A program made the translations under genes and the position numbers. A stretch of DNA of 64,000 nucleotides, from NCBI GenBank assembly GCA_043228905.1, contig JBHGNT010000003.1:19406001-19470000 (forward strand). Direction: 5' to 3'. The stretch comes from Azolla caroliniana (taxonomy: Eukaryota; Plantae; Polypodiophyta). Positions 47,818-60,539 of this stretch are shown one piece after another. The notes beneath the pieces are model-generated. The model worked only from the letters and a program-made list of their open reading frames with translations. It did no database searches and was not told the origin of the DNA. Each line of letters begins with the position of its first letter. Positions within the stretch are counted from its first letter, which is position 1.

Positions 47818-50800
47818 TGACGAGAAATCGTCGCGGAATTCAAATCACAATAGATAGACAACACTGAAATACGAATCACACCCTAATAATAGAATAGACA
47901 AGAAAAACAATGGTGCACAGAGATTTACGTGGAAACCCTAAAACGGGGAAAACCATGAGAACAGATTCTTCACTATATCTAGTGGATATACAACACTGTG
48001 TCGAGTGTATTAGTCGCACAAGGTTCTTCGCGTCTGTTGTTACGCACACAGCTATGGCGCAGCTCTACCTTCTCTCTCACACACACGCGCTCTCTCGTTC
48101 TAACTCTGTTCTACTCTAACTCATTCGCCACATAAAGTTTTCCCTAGTTGTATATATACTTACACAACTTTCCGGCTATTTACATATGTAGCCCTCATGG
48201 GGCGCACATTTAGACTATTTATAAGTATAGTCACCCGAGTTGGCTATATACACAATTCAGGTTTCGGCCTCGGTCTATCGGCCTCAGCCGAGTTCGTCAT
48301 CAACTCGGCTCCTGTTTTCCGACCCTTTGACTGTTGGCTTTCCAAACAGTCGGATCATCCTCCCACTGGAGGGACATTCCCAACAAACTCCCCCTTCACT
48401 CCTGTGGGAGGAAATCTGTCAGTCTTGTATTTTGTCGACAGACTCTGAGTCTATCCATAGGTAGGTTCTTCGGCAGCATGTCGGATCCATTTTCGTCAGT
48501 ATGGATCTTCACAAGAGCAAACTCTCCATCTTCGACTCTCTCCCGCAACCAGTGGTACCTTCTCTGTATGTGCTTGGTCTGGGAGTGATATGCCACGTTC
48601 TTGGTTAGATGTATGACACGTTGGCTATCACAATGAAGCAAGAACTCCTTTTGCTTCATGCCTAGTTTGATGAGAAAATTTCTCATCCAGATCAGCTCTT
48701 TTCCGGCCTCTACCATTGCCATATACTCTGCCTTTGTAGTTGACAAAGCTACAGACTTCTGCAGTCGTGACTACCACGCCACTGCTCCCCCTGCATAGGT
48801 CATCACATACCCTGACGCGGATCGGCTCGAGTCGACATCTCCTGACATGTCCGAATCGGTAAAACCTTCCAGCATAGGTTTTCCGACACCATATCTTAGG
48901 CACACCCCCGAGGTGCCCTTTAAGTACCTGAGTATCCATTTCACCGTTGCCCAGTGTTCTCTCCCTGGATTACTCATATATCGGCTTACTGCTCCCACAA
49001 CAAATGCTATGTCCGGTCTCGTACAAACCATAGCATACATTAGACTGCCGATGGCTGAGGCATATGGTACCTTCTTCATCTCAGCCTTTAACTTCTGCCC
49101 TTTCGGCAGCACTAAGCCGACCGGCTTTGCATTCGACATGTTGAACCACTTTAGGATCTTCGTCACATACTTCTGTTGTGACAACCATAGCACCTTCCGA
49201 GCTCTGTCTTGGGTTATGTGCATTCCTAGGATTTGCTTTGCCGGTCCAAGGTCTTTCATGGCAAATGATTTGCCGAGAGCTTTCTTCAAGCTTCCAATCT
49301 TCGTTGTGTCTTGACCGACTATCAACATATCATCAACATATAGCAAGAGAATCAAGAAATCTCCTTCTTCGTACCTTTTGACGAACACACAGTGATCGGC
49401 CAGTGTTTTCTGGAACTGATGTTCCATCATGGACTCAAATTTCTTGTACCATTGGTGTGGAGCTTGTTTCAGACCGTACAAGCTTTTCCTCAGTCGACAC
49501 ACCAGATTCTCTTTCTCTTTTTCCTCAAAGCCTTCGGGTTGCTGCATGTAGATTTCTTCTTCTAGCTCCTCGTGTAGAAATGCAGTTTTGACATCCAACT
49601 GTTCGATCTCCAGATTCATGTTGGCCGCTATGCTCAGAACAATTCGAATGGATGTCATCTTCACAACTGGTGCGAATATTTCATCAAAGTTGACACCCTT
49701 CCTCTGTTGGAAACCCTTCACCACTATGCGGGCTTTATACCTAGGCTCGTTGTTGACTTCTCTAGTCTTCACCTTGTAGACCCATTTATTCCTGAGTGCT
49801 CTCTTACCTTTCGGCAGCTCTACTAGGTCGTAGGTGTAATTCGCGTGCAAGGATTCCATCTCCTCTTGCATCGCATTCAGCCATTTTTCTCTACTCTCAT
49901 CGACGATGGCTTCTTCATAGCACTCGGTTCACCGTTATCAATCAAGAGGATGTATTGACTGGCATATGTAGTTGGTGCCTTCCTTTCTCTTAGTGGGTAC
50001 CTTCGTCCACTCGTTGTTGGCTCTTTTTCGGATGTCTCTGCCAACTCTTCTCTTTGCTCGGGATTCTACTCATCAATCGGCATCTCCAGGTTGGACAACT
50101 CCAACTCATATTCCTCAATTGATTTTAGCAGCTCTACCGACTCTGACTCATAGTCTGTCGGTCTTTCTGAGTCGACTGACTCGGATTCGGCTCTGTCAGC
50201 CAGCTGTCTCCTTACAGCTACCGGTGACGACTCACTTGGCCTTAAGTCGATAGTAGTCGAGGTTGATTGGGGAGTCGGTTCCGACTTCTGTTGCTTCCAG
50301 TCTTCAATTGTCTTGTCTTCTAGAAAGACTACATCCCGACTTCTCACTACCTTCTTGTCAACTAGGTCCCATGGCCCGTAGCCGAACTCACCTTCCGAGT
50401 ATCCCATGAATATGCATGCTTTCGATTTTTTGTCGAGATTTGACCTCTGATCCTTTGGTACATGCATATACGCCAAACATCCGAACAGCCTCAGGTGTTG
50501 GTAGGAGACATCCTTCCCTGTCCACACCCTCTGTGGGACATCACCCTTTAGAGGTACCGAGGGAGACTTGTTGATCAGATAAACAACTATGTACAACGCC
50601 TCAGCCCAATAGGATTTCGGCAATTTCGCATGAGAGAGCATGCTCCTTACTCTCTCCATGATTGTTCGATTCATCCTCTCTGCAAGCCCGTTCAATTCTA
50701 GGGTCTTTGGCACTATGTATTTGATTCGAATACTGTGGCACTTGCAGTATTCCTCGAACTGCCCTTTGTACTCGCCACCGTTGTCGGTTCGGACAACCTT

Positions 50801-52829
50801 CAGTTTCCGACCCAACTCTCTTTCGGTTCTTGCCTGGAACTCCTTGAAAACCGACAGTATTTGATCCTTCAACTTCAGTACGAAGGCCCTTGTCTTTTGA
50901 CTATAGTCGTCAATAAACGTTACAAAGTACTGTCCTCCTCGATGCGATGGAGCATCCACATAGCACACATCCGTGTGCACTAGTTCCAGTGCAACATCTC
51001 TTCTCCTCGGTGGTCTCGTGTGGAATGCTGCCCTGTTCTGCTTTCCGGCTAAGCAGTCGACACACTTCTCCAGGTGCACTCCCTTGACTTCTGGTAGAAG
51101 TTTCTGGTCTGTTAACAGGTGCATTCCCTTCCCACTCATGTGGCCTAGCCTCTTATGCCATATCTCCCCTGCCGAGTCGGCTACCACGTTTACTTCCGAT
51201 TTGCACAGTCGGGCATGCATCATGTACAGTGTGCCTTCTTTCTGTGCTTGGGCCACTATGAGATTTCCTCGGCAGAACTTCCACTTGCCATTCCGAAAAC
51301 TACCACTGTAGCCTTCGTCATCAAGCCTTCCAATCGATATCAGATTCAATCTGGTATCGGGGACGTGTCGAACATCCTTCAACATTAGTCGACACCCTGT
51401 CGACGTCGTTAAGCACACGCTTTCGACTCCGGTTATCTTGCACTCTCCACTATCACCCATCTTTACATAGCCATGATCCCCGGCTATGTAAGTCGAGAAA
51501 TACTCTCTCGACGGAGTAATATGGAAGGATGCTCCGGAATCAATCACCCCAAGTGCACTCTTCGCTTGCAAGGTTTGCACTTGTCTGTTCATAGATGAAC
51601 AAAAGTTCCTCATTACTCGTAGCAATGGCCGAAGTGTTCTTTTCATCCGGAATTTTCCGGGGTTTGACATTATTTCCGACACTTTTGTCTTTTCTCATGT
51701 GTCGGCAGTCCTTCTAGAAGTGTCCAGGTTTTCCACAATAAAAGCACACAAGCTTACCTCTGGACTTCGATCTAGCGTGGGATTTGTCCGTTCATTGCGG
51801 ACTTCTTCTTCGCCGGTCTCTTCCTCTATCCATGTGTTGAGTCAGATTCGACTCCGTTAGGACTCCTTTGTCTTTCCTCCTTGCCTCCTCATTTAGGATG
51901 CTTGTCTTCACCGTCTGTAAAGACAAGTTCTCTTCTTGGCAGGAGGTGCTGAGAGTAACCACTAGGTTCTCCCAGCTTTCCGACAGTGTGCACATCAGTA
52001 GGATGGCCTGCATTGCGTCATCCAGGGGAAACTTGGTCGCAGCAAGTTGATTCACATACCCCATGAATGTGCTGATGTGTTCGACGATGCTCTCACCGTC
52101 TCTGTATTTCAGTCGTACGATTTTTCTCATTAGCGCGTTCTTCCTCTCGTATAGACCCGACAACTTCTACCACATCTCGTGGGCATTCGTGTTGTTCGCC
52201 ACATGCTGAAGGACACTTACATCGACACATTGTCAGATTGTGGCCACTGCCTTCCTATTCAGAAGCTTCTAATCTGACTCCAATACCCCCCTGGGTATTT
52301 CTGCTCTATCGACTGGCTCGTACAGGTCTTTGACTATGAGAAGGTCTTCCATCTTTATCTTCCAGTCTGCATAGTTCTGTGAGTTCAGAACTATCATACT
52401 TGGGAAACCACGAACACATCCTTCCATGCTTGCACCTCAAGCTCTGATACTAGTTTGACGAGAAATCGTTGCGGAATTCAAATCACAATAGACAGAAAAC
52501 GCTGAAATACGAATCACACCCGAATAACAGAATAGATAAGAAAAACAATGGTGCACAGAGATTTACTGGAAACCCTAAAACGGGGAAAACCACGGGAACA
52601 GATTCTTCACTATATCTAGTGGATATACAACATGGAGATGATTACAACACTCTGTCGAGTGTATCAACCGCACAGGGCTCTTCGCGTCTGTTGTTACGCA
52701 CACAGCTATGGCGCAGCTCTACCTTCTCTCACACACACACACACTCTCTCGTTCTAACTCTGTTCTACTCTATCTCATTCTCCACATAAAGTTTGCCCTA
52801 GTTGTATATATACTTACACAACTTTCCGG
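47818..52829 (-). mobile_element. Ty1/Copia element C2; its 5' LTR is interrupted by element F
   Basis: 3' LTR 47818-48385; PPT; PBS-Met-like GCTCTGATACTA 52441-52452; 5' LTR part 52456-52829. Confidence 0.93.
48396..52427 (-). pseudogene. Copia gag-pol with several stops and frameshifts
   Basis: IDSGAS, RTDNGGEY, LLLYVDDML, HCDSQ...TKHIQRRYHW. Confidence 0.93.
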
Positions 52830-53471
52830 TGTCGCGTTACTACGCGCGTGCGTGGAGAAACGAGGCGGGACCACCGGGGTCTTGAACCGATGAGCAGGTG
52901 ATAGAAGGGGAAAGAGAAAGAGAGAGACGCCCGGTTATGTATGAGCGAAGAAACACAGGGACACGGCCCTGTCAACGCGGAAGACACGAATGGACACAGA
53001 GACAGAGAGACACGAATGTTTGTATATTAACGAATGACAAATAAACAACAGAGCACGCGAGCGGTTACAACCGAACAGGCCGGCGAACAGATGCCGATGC
53101 TTGCTCGTCTGCACACGAAAGGGGATAGGATGGAGGTGCTGCCGGAAGCACACGGGCGTTCCTCGAAGCAGCGCGAGCCTCCCGAAAACCTGCAAAGAAG
53201 AGCGATGGAGAACGAACAGAGGAGAAGCGTTCGGTTTCGGTCCGACAACACTTCGTCCTCCTCAATGCGTGATCCCCTCTCCCCGCGTCTCCCTCTCTCT
53301 TATAGCTTCAAGAAGGGAGCCATTTCCCTCATTAACTTCCTACCTACCGAATCTAACTACCTAGGATATACCTTTGTACCTAGTTCTCTATTATATACAT
53401 TAACGGGCGCGCACGCGTGAAGAGCCGGTTCACGCGCGCTATGCACCGATTGCGCTAAGGGACGGTTTTCT

Positions 53472-54694
53472 TCATGACATCCGCCCCCACCTAACCGCGC
53501 ATCCACCGGTATGCGCCAAAATTGGGTTTTGGTTGGAGAAAACCGGTCCGGGTTCCGGTTCCTCGTCCATTGGTTCGTCCTCCGTTTCAGACTGTTCGTC
53601 GTCGTTGTCCAGGCCTCTTAGATCCAGTTCGTCGTCGTGGCGCTTCTTGAACGCTTTGATCCGCTTCCCTGCTACCGGTATCGCCATCCTCGTACCGTCG
53701 AGTTCCGCCAGGTGATACGTCCCGTTGTCGTTGGTGCTCGTTGCCACGTAAGGCCCGAACCACCACTTTGCAAACTTCCGTGTTGCCCGGTGCTGGTTGT
53801 CGAGGCTGCTGTCGTAGACTAGCACCCAGTCGCCTTCCTCGATTTTCTTTGGTCGGAGCCGGTGAGTTCGGTCGAACCGGGCTTTGTTCCTCATCCTCGC
53901 CGTCCGAAGTCTCTCCGCCGCTCGTTCCACGTCCTCTGGCCTCCGCTCGAGCTGTCGTATACGCGCCGCTAGCAGTTCTTCCCGGCTCATCTCGTATCTC
54001 CAGTCCACTGTCGCCCAAGAGGAGATTGTCCGTTCCATCGGCATGATCGGCTTCTGTCCGAACATGAGCTCTGACGGCATGAACCCGGTTACCGAACTGT
54101 GCGTTGTCCAGTCCGCCCACAAGGCATAAGGTAACAGTCGTGGCCAGTTCCCGACCTGGCCTCCGCACGCCCGGACTAGCGCTTTGACGATCGGTCCGTG
54201 TCCGCGCTCCACCTTCTCGTTCGCCTCCGGATTGTACGTTGTAGTGAGCGAGAGCTTGACTCCTAACCGGTCGAACAGCTCCTCGGCCTCTTCGGCGTCC
54301 AACTCCCCGCGGCCAGCCACGATCTTCCCGACGCACCTGTACCGGCATATCACGTCCTCGATCAAGAACCGACACACGGTCGCGGTCGTTTTGTTCTGCA
54401 AGGCTCGGCCTTCCACCTGGTTCGTCAGGTCCTCCCAGACCAGCACCAGATATCGCATCTGCCCTACGCCCATCGGCATCGTCACCAAATCTACCATCCA
54501 TTTGAAGTGGATGGCCGAAGGGTATGTAGGGTGAAGCTCGTCCCGATGTCGGACTATGGAGTGTATCTGACAGCTCTCACAAGTTGTCATGAACCAATGC
54601 ACGTCCCGGTACAGTCCCGGCCACCAGTACTTCCCCTTTAGTTTTTCGAACGTGGCCCACGTCCCACGATGTCCAGCCCAGGGGCTCTCGTGGT
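53472..54694 (-). pseudogene. integrase of element F (5' part cut by the G insertion)
   Basis: Near-identical in protein to the T1 integrase: HESPWAGHRG...NPEANEKVERGH...WFGPY. Confidence 0.92.
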
Positions 54695-54992
54695 TGTCAT
54701 GATATGGCAAGACTCGAACCCATGACCTTAGGTTATATGGGTCGAGCTCTTGACCATTAGAACATCTATTGTAATACGTAGGATATTATTTTAATTTACA
54801 TTTTATTATAGGAAATTAGTGTATATTCCAGATTTCTCTAGAACATTCTAGAAGCTTCAGGATTACTCCTGAAAACACTATAAAAGAGGGCACTAGGCAT
54901 TATGTTGAACCAAATTGGCTCAACACCAGTCTTAAGCCTTTTAGCCACCGTTGTATATTCTCTTCATATAATAAATATCTTTCTTATCATCA

Positions 54993-55024
<32 letters not shown>

Positions 55025-55202
55025 GTCTCGCTCACTTCTTCCTTCTCTCGAAGAAGTTCCACACCTCTCATAGTACTAATCCTTCGTTTAGTACTAATTC
55101 CTTCTCTGTCTCAGTACTGTTCATGACAGTTTGAACCAATTTTCCCTACCTTCTGTCTCTCTCATTTCCTACTAATCTTTTATTCCTCTTTTCTTTCATC
55201 CC

Positions 55203-56354
55203 ATGGCCACTGTTAGCGCTGAAGAATATCACTCTGTTTTCTCGGAATTCCAATGCTTGAAGGAGAAGTTCCATGCTTTGGAACAAGAAAACCAACGGTT
55301 GCTGGGGGATCTTCAGCAAATCTCCTTAGAAAAGCAGCAAACGCAACAACAACATGGGGAACTTGCGTTACGCGTGCAACAACTTGAAGCCACCATCGTA
55401 GCGATGCAACAACATGGGCCCGGAACACAAGGGATTCATAAAGAACCTAAGATTGGCCTTCCCACGAAGTTCGATGGAACGCGATCGCAGTTTAGAGGGT
55501 TCCTTAACCAGGTACGATTAGTTATTCAAATGCATCCTTCCCGATATCCCACCGATGCATCACGAGTGGGTTTAGTAGGCACTTTGTTAAGTGGCTCAGC
55601 GTTGTCATGGTTCGCTCCACTATTAGAAAAGGAATCTCCGTTACTCAACAATTTTGAAGAGTTTCTAGGTGAGTTTAAAGCATGTTTCGGAGATACTGAC
55701 AGCATTAGGACCGCAATCAACAAAATCCGGCGATTACGCCAAGGTGACCGTCCAGCCTCCGCATACGCTGCAGATTTTCGCCTACTCGCCGCCGATATCC
55801 CTTGGGATGATCAAGCGTTGATGGAGCAATTCCGTTATGGTTTACGCAACGACGTCAAGGATTTACTCTTGACCTTCCCCGAAGAGCCAAAGTCCTTAAC
55901 AGAAGCAATCAGTCGCGCGGTGAGATGTGACAACCGCCTCTTTGAGCGACGTTCGGAACGACAGCTACAGATGCCAAGGGCAAGATCAGAGCCCACCTAC
56001 GCCTCAGTGGTAGCAAGACCTTTTCCGAGGGAGTCATATAATGCGTCTCCAGCGAATACTCCGACTCCGATGGAGATTGACACTACACGTCGTCGAGGGC
56101 CGTTATCCGAAGAAGAAAAGCAGCGACGCCGTACAAATCGACTATGTCTTTACTGCGGTGGACCAGGACATATCGCAATAAATTGCCCCCATAGGCCAAG
56201 AAGACAGGTAAACCAAATAGTCGCTAGTTCTAATTGTACTAAATCCGAACCTATTTCAGTAGGGATATCTGATAGTCCTAATAGTACTAATATCCCAGAT
56301 CTAGCCAACAAATTTGATGTCCTTAGTCAGTTAGAAGAAGAGTTAAACGACTAA
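55203..56354 (+). CDS. gag: Gag of G (coiled coil, capsid, CCHC)
   Basis: LPTKFDGTRSQFRGFL, PTPMEID, CLYCGGPGHIAINC. Confidence 0.95.
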   Translation: MATVSAEEYHSVFSEFQCLKEKFHALEQENQRLLGDLQQISLEKQQTQQQHGELALRVQQLEATIVAMQQHGPGTQGIHKEPKIGLPTKFDGTRSQFRGFLNQVRLVIQMHPSRYPTDASRVGLVGTLLSGSALSWFAPLLEKESPLLNNFEEFLGEFKACFGDTDSIRTAINKIRRLRQGDRPASAYAADFRLLAADIPWDDQALMEQFRYGLRNDVKDLLLTFPEEPKSLTEAISRAVRCDNRLFERRSERQLQMPRARSEPTYASVVARPFPRESYNASPANTPTPMEIDTTRRRGPLSEEEKQRRRTNRLCLYCGGPGHIAINCPHRPRRQVNQIVASSNCTKSEPISVGISDSPNSTNIPDLANKFDVLSQLEEELND

Positions 56355-59300
56355 GTCCAGCCAAAATAGGAGCCGTTTGGTTGGACAGCCCTAGATCTGT
56401 GCAGCCCATTAGTGGTTCCATTCCCTCTAAGCAAGTTAGTGATGTGTTCGTAGCCCAAGTAATAGTTAGTACTAAAAGTACCCCTCCAGTACATGTCCTA
56501 GCACTCCTAGATTCCGGAGCTAACTCTTGCTTTATGGATAAGAAATTTGCTCAAGCTCATAAGATATCCCTAAGAAAACTCCAGTGTCCAGCCTCTGTAG
56601 TAGTCATTGATGGACGTCCCATTGCTTCCGGAAATATCCTAGAAGAGTCAGAGCCCATTAATATTGTCCTAGATAACTTAGTATGTGTAGTATCATTTAA
56701 TATTATTAGTATCCCAGAACATCCTATAGTTTTAGGACTACCGTGGTTCGAGTTACATAACCCTGACATAGATTGGAGAACAAGAGAAATCCGGTGTCGA
56801 CAAACCCAAGGGTCAACTCAGAAGATGGCAACCATTTCGCTACGTCAGTTGCGTAAAGAAGGGCACAAGGAGGAAATGTTCCTCTTTGCAATATCAGTAA
56901 ACCCCTCCAACACCACTAAAGAAGAATCCACCGTTCAACTTCCCGAGAAGTATCGCCATTACACCGATGTGTTCGATAAAGTACAAGCCAACACACTTCC
57001 TCATCATCGACCGTACGATTGCCCCATCGATTTACAACCGGGAAAAGAGCCGCCATGGGGACCGATCTACAATTTGTCACCAACCGAGCTGGAAGTCCTT
57101 CGGGCCTATATAGAGGAGAATTTGGAAAATGGTTTCATTCGGCATTCGAGATCTCCAGCCGGTGCGCCCATTTTCTTCGTCAAGAAAAAAGATGGATCGC
57201 TTCGTCTCGTTGTAGATTACCGTGGCTTGAATAAGGTTACAATCAGGAATAGGTATGCTCTTCCCCTTATCTCAAGTCTTTTAGAACGGATCAATGGTGC
57301 CAGGTTCTTCACGAAGATCGACTTACGGGGAGCATATAACCTCGTACGGATCCGACCAGGAGACGAATGGAAGACCGCGTTTCGCACCAGATATGGGCAC
57401 TTCGAGTATACTGTCATGCCGTTCGGCCTCACTAATGCGCCGGCAGTCTTCCAGCACATGGCTAATGATATATTCCGAGATCTATTGGATGATTGTTTGA
57501 TCATCTATTTGGATGATCTACTGGTTTATTCAAAGACCCAAGAAGAACATGATTCTCATGTACTATTAGTACTAAAACGACTTCGAGAACATGGTCTGTA
57601 TGCAAAGCTAGAAAAATGTAGTTTCGGGTGCAACCAAGTGGAATTTCTCGGCTACATCATTTCGTCAGAAGGCATCTCCATGGACCCAGCTAAGGTCAGA
57701 ACGGTGGTAGAATGGCAAACTCCGCGTTCGGTACGGGATGTGCAATGCTTCTTAGGCTTTGCCAATTTTTACCAGAAGTTCATACAGGATTACTCAAAGA
57801 TCGTTCTACCTCTCACACAACTTACCAGGAAGGGACAACCGTTCACCTGGTCTGAAGAAACGGACATGGCTTTCGAGAGTCTTAAAAAAGCATTTACATC
57901 GGCTCCAATTCTAGCTCATGTCGATCCGGAGAAACCATTCATTATCGAAGCTGACGCATCGGATTTTGCATTGGGGAGCATTCTGTCACAACAGGGGAAT
58001 GATGAAAAGCTACATCCTTTGGCTTTTCACTCACGCAAGTTTGATGCCGCCGAAATCAACTACGAAATCCATGATAAGGAGCTATTGGCAATAGTGGATT
58101 CTTTTATGCAATGGAGGCATTTTCTGGAGGGATCCTCTCATCTAGTCACCGTATTTAGTGACCACAAGAATCTTGCCTACTTTCAGGATGCTCGTGTGTT
58201 GAATCGACGTCAAGGTCGGTGGGCCCACTTCCTCACGCGTTTCGACTTCAAAATTACATATCGTCCGGGGAGGCACCAAGGGAAGGCAGATGCATTATCA
58301 CGGCGTTCGTATCTAGCACCCCGTCCCGGCGAGCCAGCTTTCGATAACCAAAAACAAGTCATCTTGGGACCGGCACGATTACAAGCAACACAAATCTTTG
58401 ACATGCCTATGGATTCCCGCGTTATCGATACCATACGTGAAGACTTGAAGACAGATGCGTTTGCCCAAGCTATACTAGCACAAATTGATCCCTCTCGAGC
58501 GTCGTGTTCACAGTCGCAACCATCAGGTACGGACTATCGGCAATTCAAATACCATGATGGATTACTCTTCTTTAAAGAACTTTTGTATGTTCCTAATGGT
58601 TCTTGCCGCCTTCGAGTAGTACAAAACTGTCATGACACATATACATCTGGGCATTTTGGTAGTACTAAAACATTACATTTAGTACAACGATCATTCTGGT
58701 GGCCCTGTATGCGACAATTTGTCGAGGATTTTGTTCGGACTTGTGATACATGTTGCAGAGCGAAAATGCCAAGGCATCATCCATATGGTTTATTAGAACC
58801 ATTATCAATTCCAAGCAAGCCGTGGCAATCCATTGCTCTAGACTTCATCACAGATCTTCCAGTCTCTAAGGGGTTCAATGCGATTCTAACAGTGGTCGAT
58901 CGATATACGAAGATGGCTCATTTCTTGCCATGTACTAAGGAGATCTCCAGTGAAGACACTGCCGAAATTGTCATGCGTGAAGTATGTCGGCATCATGGAC
59001 TCCCCGATAGTATCATCAGCGACCGTGGACCCCAGTTCGTGTCAAAATTCTGGAAGCACCTTTTTAACATGCTCAAGGTCACTTGTAACCTCTCTTCCGG
59101 CTACCACCCACAAACTGACGGCCAAGCTGAATGAACAAATCAAACGTTGGAGCAGTATCTGCGGTGCTTTCTCAGCTATCATCAGGACGACTGGACAGAT
59201 ATTCTCCACTTCGCCGAATTTGCCTATAACAACTCTATCCACGCATCCACTAAAGTTACGCCATTTTATGCTTATACGGGATGTCACCCCCGGTGGAGTG

Positions 59301-59938
59301 TACTTGAAACCCCAGAGGTGTCCACAAATCCGTGCGCGGAGGATCGTTTGGAGCGGTTACGCAAGATACAAGCGGATTTATCTACTCATCTCCAGCAAGC
59401 TCAACAAACACACAAGGTCTACGCGGATCGTCATCGACTTCCATCTAGTTTTAATATTGGAGATCGGGTGTGGTTGCTACGACGACACATCAAGACTACT
59501 CGCCCATGTGAGAAGTTGGATTATCGGCGATTAGGTCCTTTCCGTATTATTGGAAAGATTAATGATGTTGCTTTTCGTCTCGATCTACCTCCTCAACTTC
59601 GGATACATCCGGTGTTTCATAGTTCTCTCTTCGAACCCTACCACGAGAGCACCATCCCAGAACGTCTTATCCAACCTCCACCCCCGATCGAGCTTGAAGA
59701 TGGGCCGGAGTACGAGGTTGCCGCCATTCTTGATTCCAAGATTGTTCGCAACAAGCTCTACTATCTAGTCGATTGGCTAGGCTATAGTCCCAGCGAACGT
59801 ACTTGGGAACCAATCGAGAATGTAACCAATGCTCGTGCTCTTCTTGAAGACTTCCATCGTCAATATCCACACAAACCGAGTCCTCAATCCAAGACGACTC
59901 GTGACACTCGTCGTTTTAAAGGGGGGATAGTGTCATGA
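56342..59938 (+). pseudogene. pol: pol of G (PR-RT-RH-IN-group I chromodomain) in the -1 frame; one CGA>TGA-type stop at 59132
   Basis: LLDSGA, YLDDLL, EADAS, HPQTDGQAE*, EYEVAAILDS...YLVDWLGY...TWEP. Confidence 0.95.
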
Positions 59939-60228
59939 TATGGCAAGACTCGAACCCATGACCTTAGGTTATATGGGTCGAGCTCTTGACCATTAGAACA
60001 TCTATTGTAATACGTAGGATATTATTTTCATTTACATTTTATTATAGGAAATTAGTGTATATTCCAGATTTCTCTGGAACATTCTAGAAGCTTCAGGATT
60101 ACTCCTGAAAACACTATAAAAGAGGGCACTAGGCATTATGTTGAACCAAATTGGTTCAACACTAGTCTTAAGCCTTTTAGCCACCGTTGTATATTCTCTT
60201 CATATAATAAATATCTTTCTTATCATCA

Positions 60229-60260
<32 letters not shown>

Positions 60261-60539
60261 GTCTCACTCACTTCTTCCTTCTCTCGAAGAAGTTCCACAC
60301 CTCTCATAGTACTAATCCTTCGTTTAGTACTAATTCCTTCTCTGTCTCAGTACTGTTCATGACAGTGGTAGGCCTTCAGCAACTCCTCCTGTTCCTGAAT
60401 GACGCCCGTCTTGACTCTTGACCCTCGCGTAAGCCGACCCGTTGTCCAGCACCTTGGTCTCCATCCGCGCTGCCGTAATGTACGGTTCTCCTAGTATGAC
60501 CGGGTGCGAGGACGTCTCTTGCACAAAGAAGTGCTGGTC

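Larger units (their letters stand above)
54695..60364 (+). mobile_element. near-intact Tcn1/Tf1-sushi-like chromovirus G
   Basis: 434-bp LTRs 54695-55128 and 59931-60364 (TGTCATGA...TCATGACA); TSD GTGGT; PPT AAAGGGGGGATAG; no tRNA PBS. Confidence 0.96.
52830..60539 (-). mobile_element. Trp-family element F (3' LTR, integrase, RT/RH deleted, protease end); hosts G and C3
   Basis: 3' LTR 52830-53479; PPT; integrase 53480-54694 and 60370-60395; protease tail 60396-60539 (QHFFVQETSSHPVILGEPY); left flank CCGG. Confidence 0.9.

Noticed and set aside
55203-56354. domesticated PEG10/RTL-like host gene
   Set aside because: It lies between young LTRs with TSD and PPT, so it is an ordinary chromovirus gag.
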